Assembly: GCA_963664435.2 (NCBI GenBank)
Contig: CAXXKM010000003.1
Span: forward strand, 160,001-224,000
Length of the DNA stretch: 64,000 nucleotides
Direction: 5' to 3'
DNA from: Longimicrobiales bacterium
GTDB lineage: Bacteria; Gemmatimonadota; Gemmatimonadetes; Longimicrobiales; Gaopeijiaceae
How positions within the stretch are numbered: position 1 is the stretch's first letter; each line of letters opens with the position of its first letter. Below the pieces are notes generated by a model, which worked only from the letters and a program-made list of their open reading frames with translations, searched no databases and was not told the origin of the DNA. Positions 8,513-20,013 of the stretch are shown here, in pieces. The position numbers and the translations under genes are program-made.

Positions 8513-9799
8513 TCAGGCGTGCCAGCGCCGGAAGGCGAGACATACGTTGTGCCCTCCGAAACCAAACGAGTTGGAGAGCGCCGCTTCGACAGGTCTCTCG
8601 ACCATGCCGTCGGTGGCGTAGTTGAGGTCGCACTCCGGGTCGGGGTGCTCGTAGTTGGTCGTAGGCGGGATCCTGCCCTCCCTGAGCACCATCAACGAGA
8701 TGACCGATTCGATCGCGCCGGCCGCGCCCAGCGTGTGCCCCGTCATGGACTTGGTGCTTCCCACGATGGCCGCCCGGGCCGCTTCTTCCCCCAGCACCGC
8801 CTTGATGGCGGCGGTCTCCACTTCGTCGTTGTAGGGAGTCGACGTGCCGTGCGCGTTGATGTAGCCGACTTCCTCCGGCGCGATTCCCCCGTCCTCCAGG
8901 GCAAGTCGCATGGCCTGCTGGGCTCCCGCGCCTCCGGGAACCGGCGCGGTGATGTGGTAGGCGTCCGCCGTGGCCCCGCACCCCGCGACCTCCCCCAGAA
9001 TGCGCGCTCCCCGCGCCTCGGCGGTGTCGAGCGATTCGAGAACCAGGCAGCCCGCGCCCTCTCCGATGACGAAGCCGTCTCGGGTGGCGTCGAAGGGGCG
9101 GCTCGCGGTCTCCGGGCTGTCGTTGCGTCTGGACATCGCCTTCATCGAGGAGAATCCGGCAATGGAGATGGGCACGATGGCGGCCTCCGCGCCCCCCGCC
9201 ACCATCACGTCGGCGTCCCCTCGCTGGATGACGCGAAGGGCGTCGCCGATGGCGTGCGCACCCGAGGAACACGCCGACACCGTGGAGTGGTTTGGACCCT
9301 GGGCTCCGTAGCGGATCGAAACCAGCCCCGATCCGATGTTGGGAATGAACATCGGCACGAAGAACGGGCTGATGCGGCGCGGCCCGGACTTCACCAGCTT
9401 GCGGACCTGGGTCTCATAGGTGTCGACGCCGCCGATTCCGCTGCCGATGATCACGCCGAAACGCTCCGGGCGTACACCGGGCGGGCAACCTTCCAGCCCG
9501 GCGGATGCCATGGCCTGGTCCGCGGCCACCATGGCGAACTGCGCGAAGCGGTCGTAGCGCCGGATCTCCCGCTTGTTCAGGTGCCCGGAGGGATCGAAGT
9601 CCCTGACCTCGCAGGCGATTCGGGTCGCGAAGCGATCGTCGACCTCGAAATGTGTGATCGGGCCTCCGGCGTTCGTGCCGGCCAGCAAAGCCGCCCAGGA
9701 CGACGGGGCGTCGTGGCCGAGGGGAGTGATCATCCCGATGCCCGTAATGACAACCCGCCGGCTTGCCCGGAGGGTACCGTTCTCCGAAGGGCCGCTCAT
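8513..9799 (-). CDS. fabF: Beta-ketoacyl-ACP synthase II
   Basis: RRVVITGIG, SACSSG, NAHGTST, KSMTGHTLGA, SNSFGFGGHN. Confidence 0.96.
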   Translation of the reverse strand: MSGPSENGTLRASRRVVITGIGMITPLGHDAPSSWAALLAGTNAGGPITHFEVDDRFATRIACEVRDFDPSGHLNKREIRRYDRFAQFAMVAADQAMASAGLEGCPPGVRPERFGVIIGSGIGGVDTYETQVRKLVKSGPRRISPFFVPMFIPNIGSGLVSIRYGAQGPNHSTVSACSSGAHAIGDALRVIQRGDADVMVAGGAEAAIVPISIAGFSSMKAMSRRNDSPETASRPFDATRDGFVIGEGAGCLVLESLDTAEARGARILGEVAGCGATADAYHITAPVPGGAGAQQAMRLALEDGGIAPEEVGYINAHGTSTPYNDEVETAAIKAVLGEEAARAAIVGSTKSMTGHTLGAAGAIESVISLMVLREGRIPPTTNYEHPDPECDLNYATDGMVERPVEAALSNSFGFGGHNVCLAFRRWHA

Positions 9800-9839
9800 G
9801 TGTCCTCGCGCCGTCCGGCGCCTCTCCCGCGCAGAGGAG

Positions 9840-10082
9840 TCAGGATCCGGCGGCCTTGCGGATGTAGCCGACCGCGTCGCCCACGGTGCGCATCTGCTCG
9901 GCGTCGGAGTCGGGAATGTCGATTCCGAACTCCTCTTCAAAGGCCATCACCAGTTCCACGGTGTCGAGTGAATCGGCCCCGAGATCCTCCATGAACGAAG
10001 CCTCGCTCGTGACCTGCTCCTCCTCGACACCGAGTTCAGTGACGATAATGTCCTTCACCCGGCCTTCGATGCTGTCCGCCAT
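9840..10082 (-). CDS. acpP: Acyl carrier protein
   Basis: [28 protein letters not shown] upstream. Confidence 0.97.
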   Translation of the reverse strand: MADSIEGRVKDIIVTELGVEEEQVTSEASFMEDLGADSLDTVELVMAFEEEFGIDIPDSDAEQMRTVGDAVGYIRKAAGS

Positions 10083-10138
10083 CTCATTGCTCCTTCGTGA
10101 TGTTGCGGTCTCCCGCCATTAATGAGTGAACGATCGGG

Positions 10139-10879
10139 CTACATCGCCATGCCGCCGTCGACGGCCAGGACCTGACCGGTAATGTACCGGGCTTCCGGTC
10201 CAGCGAGAAACCGCGCGACGTCGGCAACGTCGGAAGGCTCCCCCAGCCGGCCCATCGGGATGCGCGTCCCCAGCTCCCGCGTGGTGCGGTCGTCGAGGTC
10301 GGCGGTCATGTCCGTTGCGATGTAGCCGGGAGCGATCGCGTTGCAGCGCACGCCCCGCTTGGCGAGCTCCCGGGCGACGCTCTTGGTGAGCCCCACGAGC
10401 CCTGCCTTGGATGCCCCGTAGTTGGTCTGACCGGCATTGCCCATCAGGCCGATTACGGAGCTGATGTTGACGATGGAGCCGGATCGGCGCTTCATCATCC
10501 CTCTGCATGCCGCACGGGTCATGTTGAAGGCCCCCGTGAGGTTGACCTTGATCACCGAATCCCAGTCCTCGTCCTTCATGCGCAGGAGAAGATTGTCCCG
10601 GGTGATGCCGGCGTTGTTGATCAGAATCGTGACGACCCCCTGGGCCTTCGCCACCGCGGCGACCGTGGCGCTGCACTGCCGCGGATCTCCGACATCGCAG
10701 AGGTAGCCGGCGTGACCGGAGCCCTCGAGTCGAGCCGCGGCGGAGGCCGCCCCGTCCTCGTCGATGTCCACGATGGCCACCCGGGCCCCGTCTGACGCGA
10801 GGACCTGCGCGATCGCGAGCCCGATGCCCCGCGATCCGCCGGTGACCAGGGCGGTCTGTCCGTCCAGTGCGCCGCTCAT
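10139..10879 (-). CDS. fabG: 3-oxoacyl-ACP reductase
   Basis: TGGSRGIG, NNAGITRD, NYGASKAG; sits in the fab cluster. Confidence 0.96.
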   Translation of the reverse strand: MSGALDGQTALVTGGSRGIGLAIAQVLASDGARVAIVDIDEDGAASAAARLEGSGHAGYLCDVGDPRQCSATVAAVAKAQGVVTILINNAGITRDNLLLRMKDEDWDSVIKVNLTGAFNMTRAACRGMMKRRSGSIVNISSVIGLMGNAGQTNYGASKAGLVGLTKSVARELAKRGVRCNAIAPGYIATDMTADLDDRTTRELGTRIPMGRLGEPSDVADVARFLAGPEARYITGQVLAVDGGMAM

Positions 10880-11826
10880 GATCCGCTCCCTGCCGCCACC
10901 GGATCGGGAAACAGCTTCCGGACGCCTTTCGCGGTGCCCACGCAGACGGCGCTGACGCCCCGGGCGTTGCGCCGGCTCAATCCGCACAGCACGGATCCGG
11001 GACCGATCTCGACGAACCGCTCCACACCGCTTTCGACCATGGCTCGCACCGATTGGGACCACAATACGGGGGAAGTGAGCTGCCGGACCAACAGCCGACG
11101 CGCGAGGCCGGGATCCCGGACGGCCCCGGCGGTCACGTTCGAAAAGACCGGAAACTCGGGCGGTCCGAAAGATAGGCTGCGGAAACACTTCCGCAAACCC
11201 TCCTCCGCCGCGGCCATCAGAGGCGAATGAAAGGCGCCGGACACGGCCAGCCGCAGGGCCCGCCGGGCGCCGGCTTCCCTGGCGCGCACCAGGACCTCGC
11301 CGATGGCCCCGGCATCCCCGCTCACCACGATCTGCGCGGGGGCGTTGAAGTTGGCCGGAACACAGACCAGCCCTTTCCCGGACACGCCTCGGCACACTTC
11401 GCGCACTTCGGATTCCCCCAGGCCCAGGATGGCCGCCATGGCCCCGGGGCGGGCGCGTCCGGCCTCCCGCATCAGCTCGCCCCTGCGCCGCACGGCGTGC
11501 ACGGCGTCCTCGAATCCGAGGGTGCCCGCGGCTGCGTGCGCGGAGAGTTCCCCAAGCGAGTGGCCCGCGGCGCAGTCGACGGGTCCCAGTCGCGGCCTCA
11601 GGACCGCGAGGGTTGCGAGAGAGTGGACCAGAATCGCGGGCTGTGCGTTGTGCGTCTGCAGCAGCTGGTCCTCGGGTCCTTCCCAGGCGAGGCGCGATAG
11701 CGGGAAACCGAGAATGTCGTCCGCTCGCTCGAAGACCCGTGCAGCTTCAGGATAGGAGGCTGCCAGGTCGCGTCCCATCCCGGGAAACTGCGACCCCTGT
11801 CCGGGGAAGAGGAGAGCCAGTGACAC
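10876..11826 (-). CDS. fabD: Malonyl-CoA:ACP transacylase
   Basis: LFPGQGSQ, GHSLGE, SGAFHS, EIGPG; GTG start inferred. Confidence 0.95.
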   Translation of the reverse strand: MSLALLFPGQGSQFPGMGRDLAASYPEAARVFERADDILGFPLSRLAWEGPEDQLLQTHNAQPAILVHSLATLAVLRPRLGPVDCAAGHSLGELSAHAAAGTLGFEDAVHAVRRRGELMREAGRARPGAMAAILGLGESEVREVCRGVSGKGLVCVPANFNAPAQIVVSGDAGAIGEVLVRAREAGARRALRLAVSGAFHSPLMAAAEEGLRKCFRSLSFGPPEFPVFSNVTAGAVRDPGLARRLLVRQLTSPVLWSQSVRAMVESGVERFVEIGPGSVLCGLSRRNARGVSAVCVGTAKGVRKLFPDPVAAGSGS

Positions 11827-11852
11827 CGGATGACGATCGACGTTGGAGGCCG

Positions 11853-12845
11853 CTACACGCGAAGAGCGGTGGCGCCCCATGTCAGACCCGCCCCGAAGGC
11901 GACCAGCAGGACGTTGGATCCGGGCCCGATGCGCCCCTTCTCGAGCGCCTCGTCGAGCGCCACCGGAACGGTCGCGGAACTGATGTTCCCATAGCGATGG
12001 ACGTTGACGTACACCTTCTCCATGGGGACGCGCGCGTAGCGGGCGGTCGCCTCGATGATGCGGATGTTGGCCTGGTGGGGGATGAGCAGATCGACGTCGT
12101 CCGCCGTCCAGCCGGCTTGCCCGATCGCCAGGCGGGCCGACTTCGACATCGCGCGCACGGCGTTCTTGAAGACCTCCCGGCCCTCCATGAGGAGCAGGTG
12201 GGAGCGATCCGCGAGAACGGATTCGTCGAAGGGCCGGCGCGCCCCTCCGCCGGGTCTCTGAAGCAGGTCCGCGAGCTTCCCGTCGGACCGGATGTCGTTG
12301 GCGAGAATCCCCCGGTCGCCGGTTGCGGGACGGATCACGCTGGCGCCCGCTCCATCCCCGAACAGCACCGCGGTGGACCGGTCCTCCCAGTCCATGATCG
12401 ACGTCATCTTCTCGGTGGACACCACCAGGACCACCTCGCCCATGCGGCTGGCGATGTATCCCTCCGCCAGGGCCAGGATGTAGAGGTAGCCCGTGCAGGC
12501 CGCGGAGATGTCCATGGCAGCCGCCTTGTCGGCCCCCAGCCGGGCCTGAATGTCGCACGCGGTGGAAGGCAGCAGCCTGTCCGGCGTCGCGGTCGACACC
12601 AGCACCAGGTCCACGTCGCCGGCGCTTACGCCCGCCCGCTCGAGCGCCTGCTCCGCCGCGGCAACGCCCATGTCGCACACGGAGGTGCAGGGGCTTGCGA
12701 TGCGGCGCTCGTGGATGCCGGTGCGCTCCACGATCCACTGGTCGGTGGTGTCCACCATGCGGGTCCAGTCCTCGTTGGTGAGGACGCGATCCGGGAGATA
12801 CCGTCCCGTGCCGGCGACTTCGGTAATGGGCCGGGATGAGGTCAT
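11853..12845 (-). CDS. fabH: Beta-ketoacyl-ACP synthase III
   Basis: AACTG, LFGDGAGA, PHQANIRI, YGNISSA, FGAGLTWG. Confidence 0.96.
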   Translation of the reverse strand: MTSSRPITEVAGTGRYLPDRVLTNEDWTRMVDTTDQWIVERTGIHERRIASPCTSVCDMGVAAAEQALERAGVSAGDVDLVLVSTATPDRLLPSTACDIQARLGADKAAAMDISAACTGYLYILALAEGYIASRMGEVVLVVSTEKMTSIMDWEDRSTAVLFGDGAGASVIRPATGDRGILANDIRSDGKLADLLQRPGGGARRPFDESVLADRSHLLLMEGREVFKNAVRAMSKSARLAIGQAGWTADDVDLLIPHQANIRIIEATARYARVPMEKVYVNVHRYGNISSATVPVALDEALEKGRIGPGSNVLLVAFGAGLTWGATALRV

Positions 12846-13831
12846 GGGATGCGGGCCGCGGTTTCAGCCAGATAGCGGGCGACATGGCCGATCATCGATG
12901 TTCCTACGGCCTTGGCCGCCACCCCGATGGCCTTGCTGATGGCCTTGGGGGGCGATCTGCCGTGGCAGATGACGGACACCCCGTTCACTCCCAGGAGCGG
13001 CGCCCCCCCGTATTCGGCGTAGTCGAGGATCTCGATCGTGGAGCGGTCCAGCGGTATGCGGATGCGCTCCTGCTCCCGGTCCATCACCCGGATCACGAAC
13101 CCCGCGACGGACTCGTAGAACTTGAGAAGCACGTTGCCGGCGAATCCGTCGGTGACCAGGACGTCGCAACGGCCATGGATGATGTCGCGGCCTTCGACGT
13201 TGCCAATGAAGTTGAGGTCGCTCCGGCTGAGCAGCCGGTGGGCTTCGACCGTACGCTCGTCCCCCTTCTCCGGCTCGGAACCGATATTCAGCAGGCCGAT
13301 GCGGGGCTCCTGCCGTCCCATCAGATCCTGTGCATAGACGTGGCCGAGAAAGGCGAACTGCAGGAGGTGTTGGGGACGGCAGTCGACGTTGGCGCCGGCG
13401 TCCAGCATCAGCATGTGCGCCCGGCTGGTGGTGGGCATGAGTGTGCCTACGGCGGGCCGGTCCACTCCGGGCAGCCGCTTGAGCAGAAACACCGACGCCG
13501 CCATCACCGCACCCGTGGGTCCGGCGCTGACGAAGGCGTCCACCTGGCCCCTTCGGTGGAGCCCGATCCCGGTCACGAGGGACGAGCCGGGCTTGCGGCG
13601 CACGACGGCTGCGGGGGATTCGTTGGGGGAGACTTTCTCCGGTGCGTGGACGATCTCCAGCCGCCCGCCCTCGGAGGCGCCCTGCCGGGCAAGTTCCGCC
13701 GCGATCCGCGCGCGATCTCCCACGAGAACGACGGTGACGTCCCCGTTTCCGTGCTTCAGTGCGTGCAGCGCTCCCGCGACTTCGGTCGCGGGGGCGCCGT
13801 CGCTGCCCATGGAGTCGAGCGCGATTCTCAT
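12842..13831 (-). CDS. plsX: Phosphate acyltransferase PlsX
   Basis: MRIALDSMGSDGAP, DAGANVD, LLNIGSE, FIGNVEG, GGAPLLG, HGRS. Confidence 0.96.
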   Translation of the reverse strand: MRIALDSMGSDGAPATEVAGALHALKHGNGDVTVVLVGDRARIAAELARQGASEGGRLEIVHAPEKVSPNESPAAVVRRKPGSSLVTGIGLHRRGQVDAFVSAGPTGAVMAASVFLLKRLPGVDRPAVGTLMPTTSRAHMLMLDAGANVDCRPQHLLQFAFLGHVYAQDLMGRQEPRIGLLNIGSEPEKGDERTVEAHRLLSRSDLNFIGNVEGRDIIHGRCDVLVTDGFAGNVLLKFYESVAGFVIRVMDREQERIRIPLDRSTIEILDYAEYGGAPLLGVNGVSVICHGRSPPKAISKAIGVAAKAVGTSMIGHVARYLAETAARIP

Positions 13832-13856
13832 GGTGGACCGGTTGCCGCCGGCGTGG

Positions 13857-14039
13857 TCAGTCCAGCTCGACTTCGATGACCAGACGATCCCGGTAATAGC
13901 CGCAGGTGGGACACACGCGGTGCGGGATCTGCGGATCGTCGCAGCGCGGGCAGTTCCAGACCGCGACGGGTTCGGCTCGATGATGCGTGCGGCGCTTGCG
14001 CTGCCGCTGCTTGGAGGTACGACGCTTCGGGACGGCCAT
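13857..14039 (-). CDS. rpmF: 50S ribosomal protein L32 (zinc-ribbon form)
   Basis: MAVPKRRTSK...CPRC...PHRVCPTCGYY. Confidence 0.97.
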   Translation of the reverse strand: MAVPKRRTSKQRQRKRRTHHRAEPVAVWNCPRCDDPQIPHRVCPTCGYYRDRLVIEVELD

Positions 14040-14051
14040 GGTTTCTTCGTT

Positions 14052-14564
14052 CTAGTGATTCGTGAGGGCCCGAAGCTTCTCCCATCGGGCATCGACATCC
14101 GGTGCGGTGCACTCGCACCGGGCCGTGTTGCGGTTTGAGCCGCACGCCGGACACAGTCCCCGGCAGTCGGGGTGACATTCGGCGTACATCGGCGCCGCGA
14201 GCGCGAATTCCTCCCGCAGCGGACCGGCGATGTCCAGTTCGGCCAGATGAGCAGGGAAAGTATGCACCTCCCCGTCATCCCCGCCGTCGAATTCATCGTC
14301 GGGGATGAAAACAAACCGGATCGGCAGCGCGAAGGTCTGCGCGACGGGCTCCAGACAGCGCCGGCACACCTGTGCCAGGGTGGTCGACATCCTTCCCTGG
14401 ACCATGACCTGGCCCGCGGCCATTGACCTCGCCGTCAGCGCCACGCGGACGGGCTCGGACAGTTCCGGACCCGGTCTCCCGAGGGCGAAATCGGCGGCCG
14501 GGCAAGCCGCTCGCAACTGGAGCGTACCCGTGCGTTCGAGCGCGTTCAAGTTCAAGTGCAGCAT
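14052..14564 (-). CDS. yceD: YceD/DUF177 family protein
   Basis: CRRCL, CHPDCRGLCPACG, DARWEKL; canonical position upstream of rpmF. Confidence 0.9.
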   Translation of the reverse strand: MLHLNLNALERTGTLQLRAACPAADFALGRPGPELSEPVRVALTARSMAAGQVMVQGRMSTTLAQVCRRCLEPVAQTFALPIRFVFIPDDEFDGGDDGEVHTFPAHLAELDIAGPLREEFALAAPMYAECHPDCRGLCPACGSNRNTARCECTAPDVDARWEKLRALTNH

Positions 14565-14572
14565 AGCGTAAA

Positions 14573-14602
14573 AAGCTAGCGCCGCGCACGGCGCCGCGTC
14601 AA
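14573..14602 (-). promoter_or_regulatory. Sigma70-type promoter for yceD-rpmF-plsX-fab (TTGACG-18-TAGCTT)
   Basis: -35 at 14602-14597 and -10 at 14578-14573; only 8 nt between the -10 and the yceD ATG. Confidence 0.6.
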
Positions 14603-15027
14603 CGCGATGCGACGCCCAGCCTCTCGTGGCGCGAAAAGAAGAAACCGATCTCGAGCGCGGCATTGGCATCCGAATCGGACCCGTGGACGGCATTGCGCTC
14701 CTTCGACTCCGCGTAGAGCGCGCGTACGGTGCCGGGCGCCGCCTCGGCGGGATCGGTGGCTCCGATGGCCTCGCGAAACCGGGGCACGGCGTTCTCGGCC
14801 TCGAGCACCAGGGGCACGATGGGGCCGGAGGTCATGAAGGCCACCAGGGAATCGAAGAAGGGCCGCTCCCGGTGCACCGAGTAGAAGGCGGCCGCCTGCG
14901 CCCGCGACAACCGCGTCATGCGAAGGCAGCGAATGCGGAAGCCCGCCCCTTCCAGATGGGCGAGGATGGCCCCCGTATTTCCCGAAGCGACCGCGTCGGG
15001 CTTGATGATGGCGAGCGTCAGGCTCAT
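14599..15027 (-). CDS. ndk: Nucleoside diphosphate kinase
   Basis: [27 protein letters not shown]. Confidence 0.97.
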   Translation of the reverse strand: MSLTLAIIKPDAVASGNTGAILAHLEGAGFRIRCLRMTRLSRAQAAAFYSVHRERPFFDSLVAFMTSGPIVPLVLEAENAVPRFREAIGATDPAEAAPGTVRALYAESKERNAVHGSDSDANAALEIGFFFSRHERLGVASR

Positions 15028-15908
15028 CGCAGGGCCTCCCGGGTGAGATGCACGATGTCGACCGGTCGTCGCGCGACCCCGATCCCATTCTCGCGAAACG
15101 CCCTGATCTTCTCCTCCGCGGTCCCGGAGGAACCGCTGATGATGGCGCCCGCATGCCCCATGCGGCGGCCCGGGGGCGCGGTCTGGCCGGCGATGAAGCC
15201 CACGATCGGCAAATCGAGACTGCGGCCGGCGAATTCGGCCGCCTCCTGTTCGTCCGTGCCCCCGATCTCGCCGATCATCACGACCGCCCGCGTCTCTCCG
15301 TCTTCGGCGAGGGCCTTCAGGCAGTCGATGAAGGTGGTGCCGATGATGGGGTCTCCCCCGATGCCGACGCAGGTGGTCTGGCCGATGCCGGCCCCGGTGA
15401 GCTGTCCGACCGCCTCGTAGGTGAGCGTGCCCGAGCGCGACACGACGCCCACCGGACCGGAGGTCACGATGTCACCGGAGATGATGCCGACCGTTGCCTT
15501 GCCGGGCGAAATCACCCCCGGGCAATTGGGTCCCAGCAACCGCACGCCGTGGTCGGCGACGAAGGCGTAGGCGCGCGTCATGTCGAGCACCGGGACGCCT
15601 TCGGTAATGCAGACGATGAACTCGACGCCCGATTCCGCGGCCTCCATGATCGCGCTCGCGGCGAAGGGGGGAGGCACGTAGATCACGGAGGCGTTCGCCC
15701 CCGATTTCCCGACCGCCTCGTTCATCGTGTCGAAGACGGGCACGCACGCGCCTCCCGGACCCTGGACCACCCGGCCCCCCTTCCCCGGCGTGACCCCCGC
15801 GACCACGCGCGTCCCGTATTCGATCATCCTGCCGGTGTGGAAGGATCCGTCGCGGCCGGTGATGCCCTGGACCACCACGCGCGTGGATTCGTCAACGAAG
15901 ATCGACAT
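15024..15908 (-). CDS. sucD: Succinyl-CoA synthetase alpha subunit
   Basis: [30 protein letters not shown]. Confidence 0.97.
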   Translation of the reverse strand: MSIFVDESTRVVVQGITGRDGSFHTGRMIEYGTRVVAGVTPGKGGRVVQGPGGACVPVFDTMNEAVGKSGANASVIYVPPPFAASAIMEAAESGVEFIVCITEGVPVLDMTRAYAFVADHGVRLLGPNCPGVISPGKATVGIISGDIVTSGPVGVVSRSGTLTYEAVGQLTGAGIGQTTCVGIGGDPIIGTTFIDCLKALAEDGETRAVVMIGEIGGTDEQEAAEFAGRSLDLPIVGFIAGQTAPPGRRMGHAGAIISGSSGTAEEKIRAFRENGIGVARRPVDIVHLTREALR

Positions 15909-15968
15909 GGAGCGGGACCGTTTGTTGTGGTAGGGAAGCCTGCGGGGGCTGCCGCCGGATGAGGAGCG

Positions 15969-17102
<1,134 letters not shown>

Positions 17103-17192
17103 TCGGTTTGCTCCGGGAGGCAGGAGGAAGCCATCGCGACGATCCGCCCGGCGAGGGCGCTTGCGGAAGGACGCCGGAAGGGGCGACCGGCC

Positions 17193-17221
17193 AAGTTACC
17201 CGGGCATCGGTTCACGATCAA
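17193..17221 (-). promoter_or_regulatory. Sigma70-type promoter for sucCD-ndk (TTGATC-17-TAACTT)
   Basis: -35 at 17221-17216, -10 at 17198-17193, 17-nt spacer. Confidence 0.55.
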
Positions 17222-17235
17222 GAATCCGCCTCGAC

Positions 17236-20013
17236 TCATGAACCGGCCTGGTCTTCGAAGCGCTCCAGGAGGTCGCGCAACTCGCGCAGGTGCGCGCCGA
17301 AACCGGCGAAGTCCCCTGCCCTGAGCGCCTCCTCCGCGCGGTCGAGCAGGTCGAGGGCGTCGGCTGGCCAGGTCGACGTGTCGGCTGCCAGGTCCCGCAA
17401 CTCGCCCAGGTCCGGGGGGTCGGCGGTCGTTCCCTCCTCGGGCGGGGTCACGGCGGCCAGCGCGGCGAGGGTGGCGTCCAGGGTCGGTTGCATCGCCACC
17501 CGGCGGCCGTCGCTGACGACGAACTGGCGCAGCTCGGGAATCGCGTCCGATTCGGCGGCCAGAAAGATCGGTTCCATGTACATCAGCGTGCCGTCCACGG
17601 GAACGATGTGCAGATGGCCGGTCCAGACCTCGCTTCCCCCCTGGCGCCAGAGCGAGAGCTGCTGGGAGATGGAGGGATCCTGCTCCACGAGAGCTTCCAC
17701 CAGGCGGGGACCCGGGACCTGCTCCTCGACCGGGACGTCGTACAGGAGGAGCTCGCCGTAATGATCTCCGTCGCTGCGCGCGACCAGCAGCGCGGTCAGA
17801 TTCTGGCGGCCCGCGGGGACGAAGGCAGTGGTCAGCAGATACTCCGGCTCCTGTTCACCCGGCAGACGGAAAATGCCGTACTCGGGCCGGTAGGGGACGG
17901 GATTGGTCCCCTGGGCGAGCTCCGTGGCGGGCGCCCACACGTCTTCCTGGCCGTGGAAGGAGGGGGCCGTCTCCAGGTGATACTGGAACAGCACCCGGCC
18001 CTGCAGGCGGAGCAGCTCGCTCGGATAGCGAATGTGTTCGCGGAGCCCGGGAGGCATCTCCTCCATGGGTTGGAAGAGGCCCGGAAGGGTGCGCCGGTAG
18101 CCTTCGAGCAGCGGGTCGTTCTCGTCCACCACGTAGAAGGAGACTCGCCCGGTAACCCCGTCCACGGTGACCTTGACGCTGTTGCGCACATAGCTCACCG
18201 GAGACCGCGGTTCCAGTTCGTAGGCGCTCGCGAGCGGGAAGTGACGGGTTGCCGTGAAAGCGTCCAGCATCCACACGACGCGGCCCTCGTGCACGACTGG
18301 ATAGGGCGCCTGGGGGAAGCGCAGGAAGGGGGCGATGTCGCGCGCCCGCGCCGTCACCTGGCGGCGAAACACGAAACGGCTCCGGGGCGAGACCTCGGAG
18401 GCGAACAGCAGGTTCGCGTCACGGAAGCGGAGCGCCAGGAGCACCTTCCGCAGCCAGGAATCGAGCAGGATGCCTTCCGGGTAGTCCACCCCGGCCTGAC
18501 CGGGTGCGCCCTCGGGGTCGAGAAAGGCCTCGGCGGTCGGATTGATGATGGCGTAGGCCTGTGGGCGGATGCCGAAGAACACTGAAGGGCGCACCAGGCG
18601 CAGTCTCTCGGGCGCTGCCACGCCTTCCGCGAACTCGGGAGGGATGGCGGACAGGATCGTCGACGGCCGGCCTTCGGGGGTGTGTTCCTCGGCCGCGCTG
18701 GCAACGGCGCCCATTCCGGCGATGTAGCGCTCGCGGATGTGCAGGTTCTGCCAGTTGCGGTCCTCGATGCCGCCGGGCTCGATCTCGCGCACGGCCAGCG
18801 CAACCGGCACCAGGCCGCCGTCGGGTCCGCGGTAGCGGTCGATGGTGACGTCGCTGAACTCGTAGTAGCGGAAGCGGGCCTCCAGCTGGCGATACGTGCT
18901 CAGGAGCGCGCCCGGGGTCCACACCGGGATTCCGGCGAACTGGGCGGCGGCGGCCGTCGCGCGTGGTTCTTCGATCGTCCCGCGGTAGTCGAATCGTTCA
19001 CGTTGCAGCTGGTCGAGCCCGAACCCCATGCGCGTGAACTCGAGGTTGTGCTCGATGAATGGAGTTTCGCTCTCCAGCTCGTTGGGCTCGACGCGGAAGC
19101 GCTGCACGGTCGCCGGGTAGAGCTGGGCGAGCACGAGCGTGCCCACGACCATGCCGCCCAGCCCGGCCGCGGTCGGGACGACCTTGCGCCGCGCGCCGCC
19201 CCACGCCACCAGGGCCGCCGAGCCCAGCGCGACCACCGCGAGGGCCGTCAGGGAGGGCAGGCGGGCTACCGCGTCGGTGAACCCGAACAGCCCCTGCACG
19301 CCGGAGTTGCCGTCGAGCAGCAGGATGTAGCGCGCGATCTGGAAGCGGACGGCCAGCAGGACCAGAAACGTCGTGACCAGAAGGACGAGGTGCCGGCGGG
19401 CCAGGTCTTCCAGCCGGACCCCCTTGCGCGTCAGGCGCAGGGCGCCGGTGGCCGCATAGATCGCGATCGACAGACTGAAGAGGAAGAAAACCAGCAGGAG
19501 CGCGAACGCGACGATCCCGCTCATCACCGGCAGGGCGAAGATGTAGAAGGACAGGTCGTGCCCCAGGATCGGGTCGCTCAACCCCCACGCGGGAGCTCGC
19601 AGCAGGAGCAGCAGCGCCAACCCCGCTTCAGGGGGGACCACCGCGCTGAACCAGAGCGCCGCCAGCACCGAGATGACGAGCGTGCCGCGCGAGATCCAGA
19701 CGCCGGGGATTCTCTCGGATATCTCCAGATTGGCGAAACGCCTGCGGATCCTTAGCGCGCGCACCGCGACCGCGAACAGGCGCACGTTCGCGTAGACCAT
19801 CGCACCGACGGCCAGCATGACCAGGATGCGCACGCCCCAGCGTGCCAGCACCCGCGTCCAGAAGACGTCGAGATAGCCGTTGGCCCCGAACCAGAGGACT
19901 TCGACGTAGAGGTCGATGGCCTCGCGCGCCAGCACGAGAACCGCAGTGGCGGCCGCGATCGAGACGACCAGAATCCGGCCACCGCGCCACGGGCGAGGGC
20001 GCGCCTCAGACAT
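17236..20013 (-). CDS. UPF0182 family membrane protein
   Basis: N-terminal TM bundle with DPILGHDLSFYIFALP; VEPNELESE, IDRY, YVRNSVKVTVDG; C-terminal AGDFAGFG. Confidence 0.9.
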   Translation of the reverse strand: MSEARPRPWRGGRILVVSIAAATAVLVLAREAIDLYVEVLWFGANGYLDVFWTRVLARWGVRILVMLAVGAMVYANVRLFAVAVRALRIRRRFANLEISERIPGVWISRGTLVISVLAALWFSAVVPPEAGLALLLLLRAPAWGLSDPILGHDLSFYIFALPVMSGIVAFALLLVFFLFSLSIAIYAATGALRLTRKGVRLEDLARRHLVLLVTTFLVLLAVRFQIARYILLLDGNSGVQGLFGFTDAVARLPSLTALAVVALGSAALVAWGGARRKVVPTAAGLGGMVVGTLVLAQLYPATVQRFRVEPNELESETPFIEHNLEFTRMGFGLDQLQRERFDYRGTIEEPRATAAAAQFAGIPVWTPGALLSTYRQLEARFRYYEFSDVTIDRYRGPDGGLVPVALAVREIEPGGIEDRNWQNLHIRERYIAGMGAVASAAEEHTPEGRPSTILSAIPPEFAEGVAAPERLRLVRPSVFFGIRPQAYAIINPTAEAFLDPEGAPGQAGVDYPEGILLDSWLRKVLLALRFRDANLLFASEVSPRSRFVFRRQVTARARDIAPFLRFPQAPYPVVHEGRVVWMLDAFTATRHFPLASAYELEPRSPVSYVRNSVKVTVDGVTGRVSFYVVDENDPLLEGYRRTLPGLFQPMEEMPPGLREHIRYPSELLRLQGRVLFQYHLETAPSFHGQEDVWAPATELAQGTNPVPYRPEYGIFRLPGEQEPEYLLTTAFVPAGRQNLTALLVARSDGDHYGELLLYDVPVEEQVPGPRLVEALVEQDPSISQQLSLWRQGGSEVWTGHLHIVPVDGTLMYMEPIFLAAESDAIPELRQFVVSDGRRVAMQPTLDATLAALAAVTPPEEGTTADPPDLGELRDLAADTSTWPADALDLLDRAEEALRAGDFAGFGAHLRELRDLLERFEDQAGS

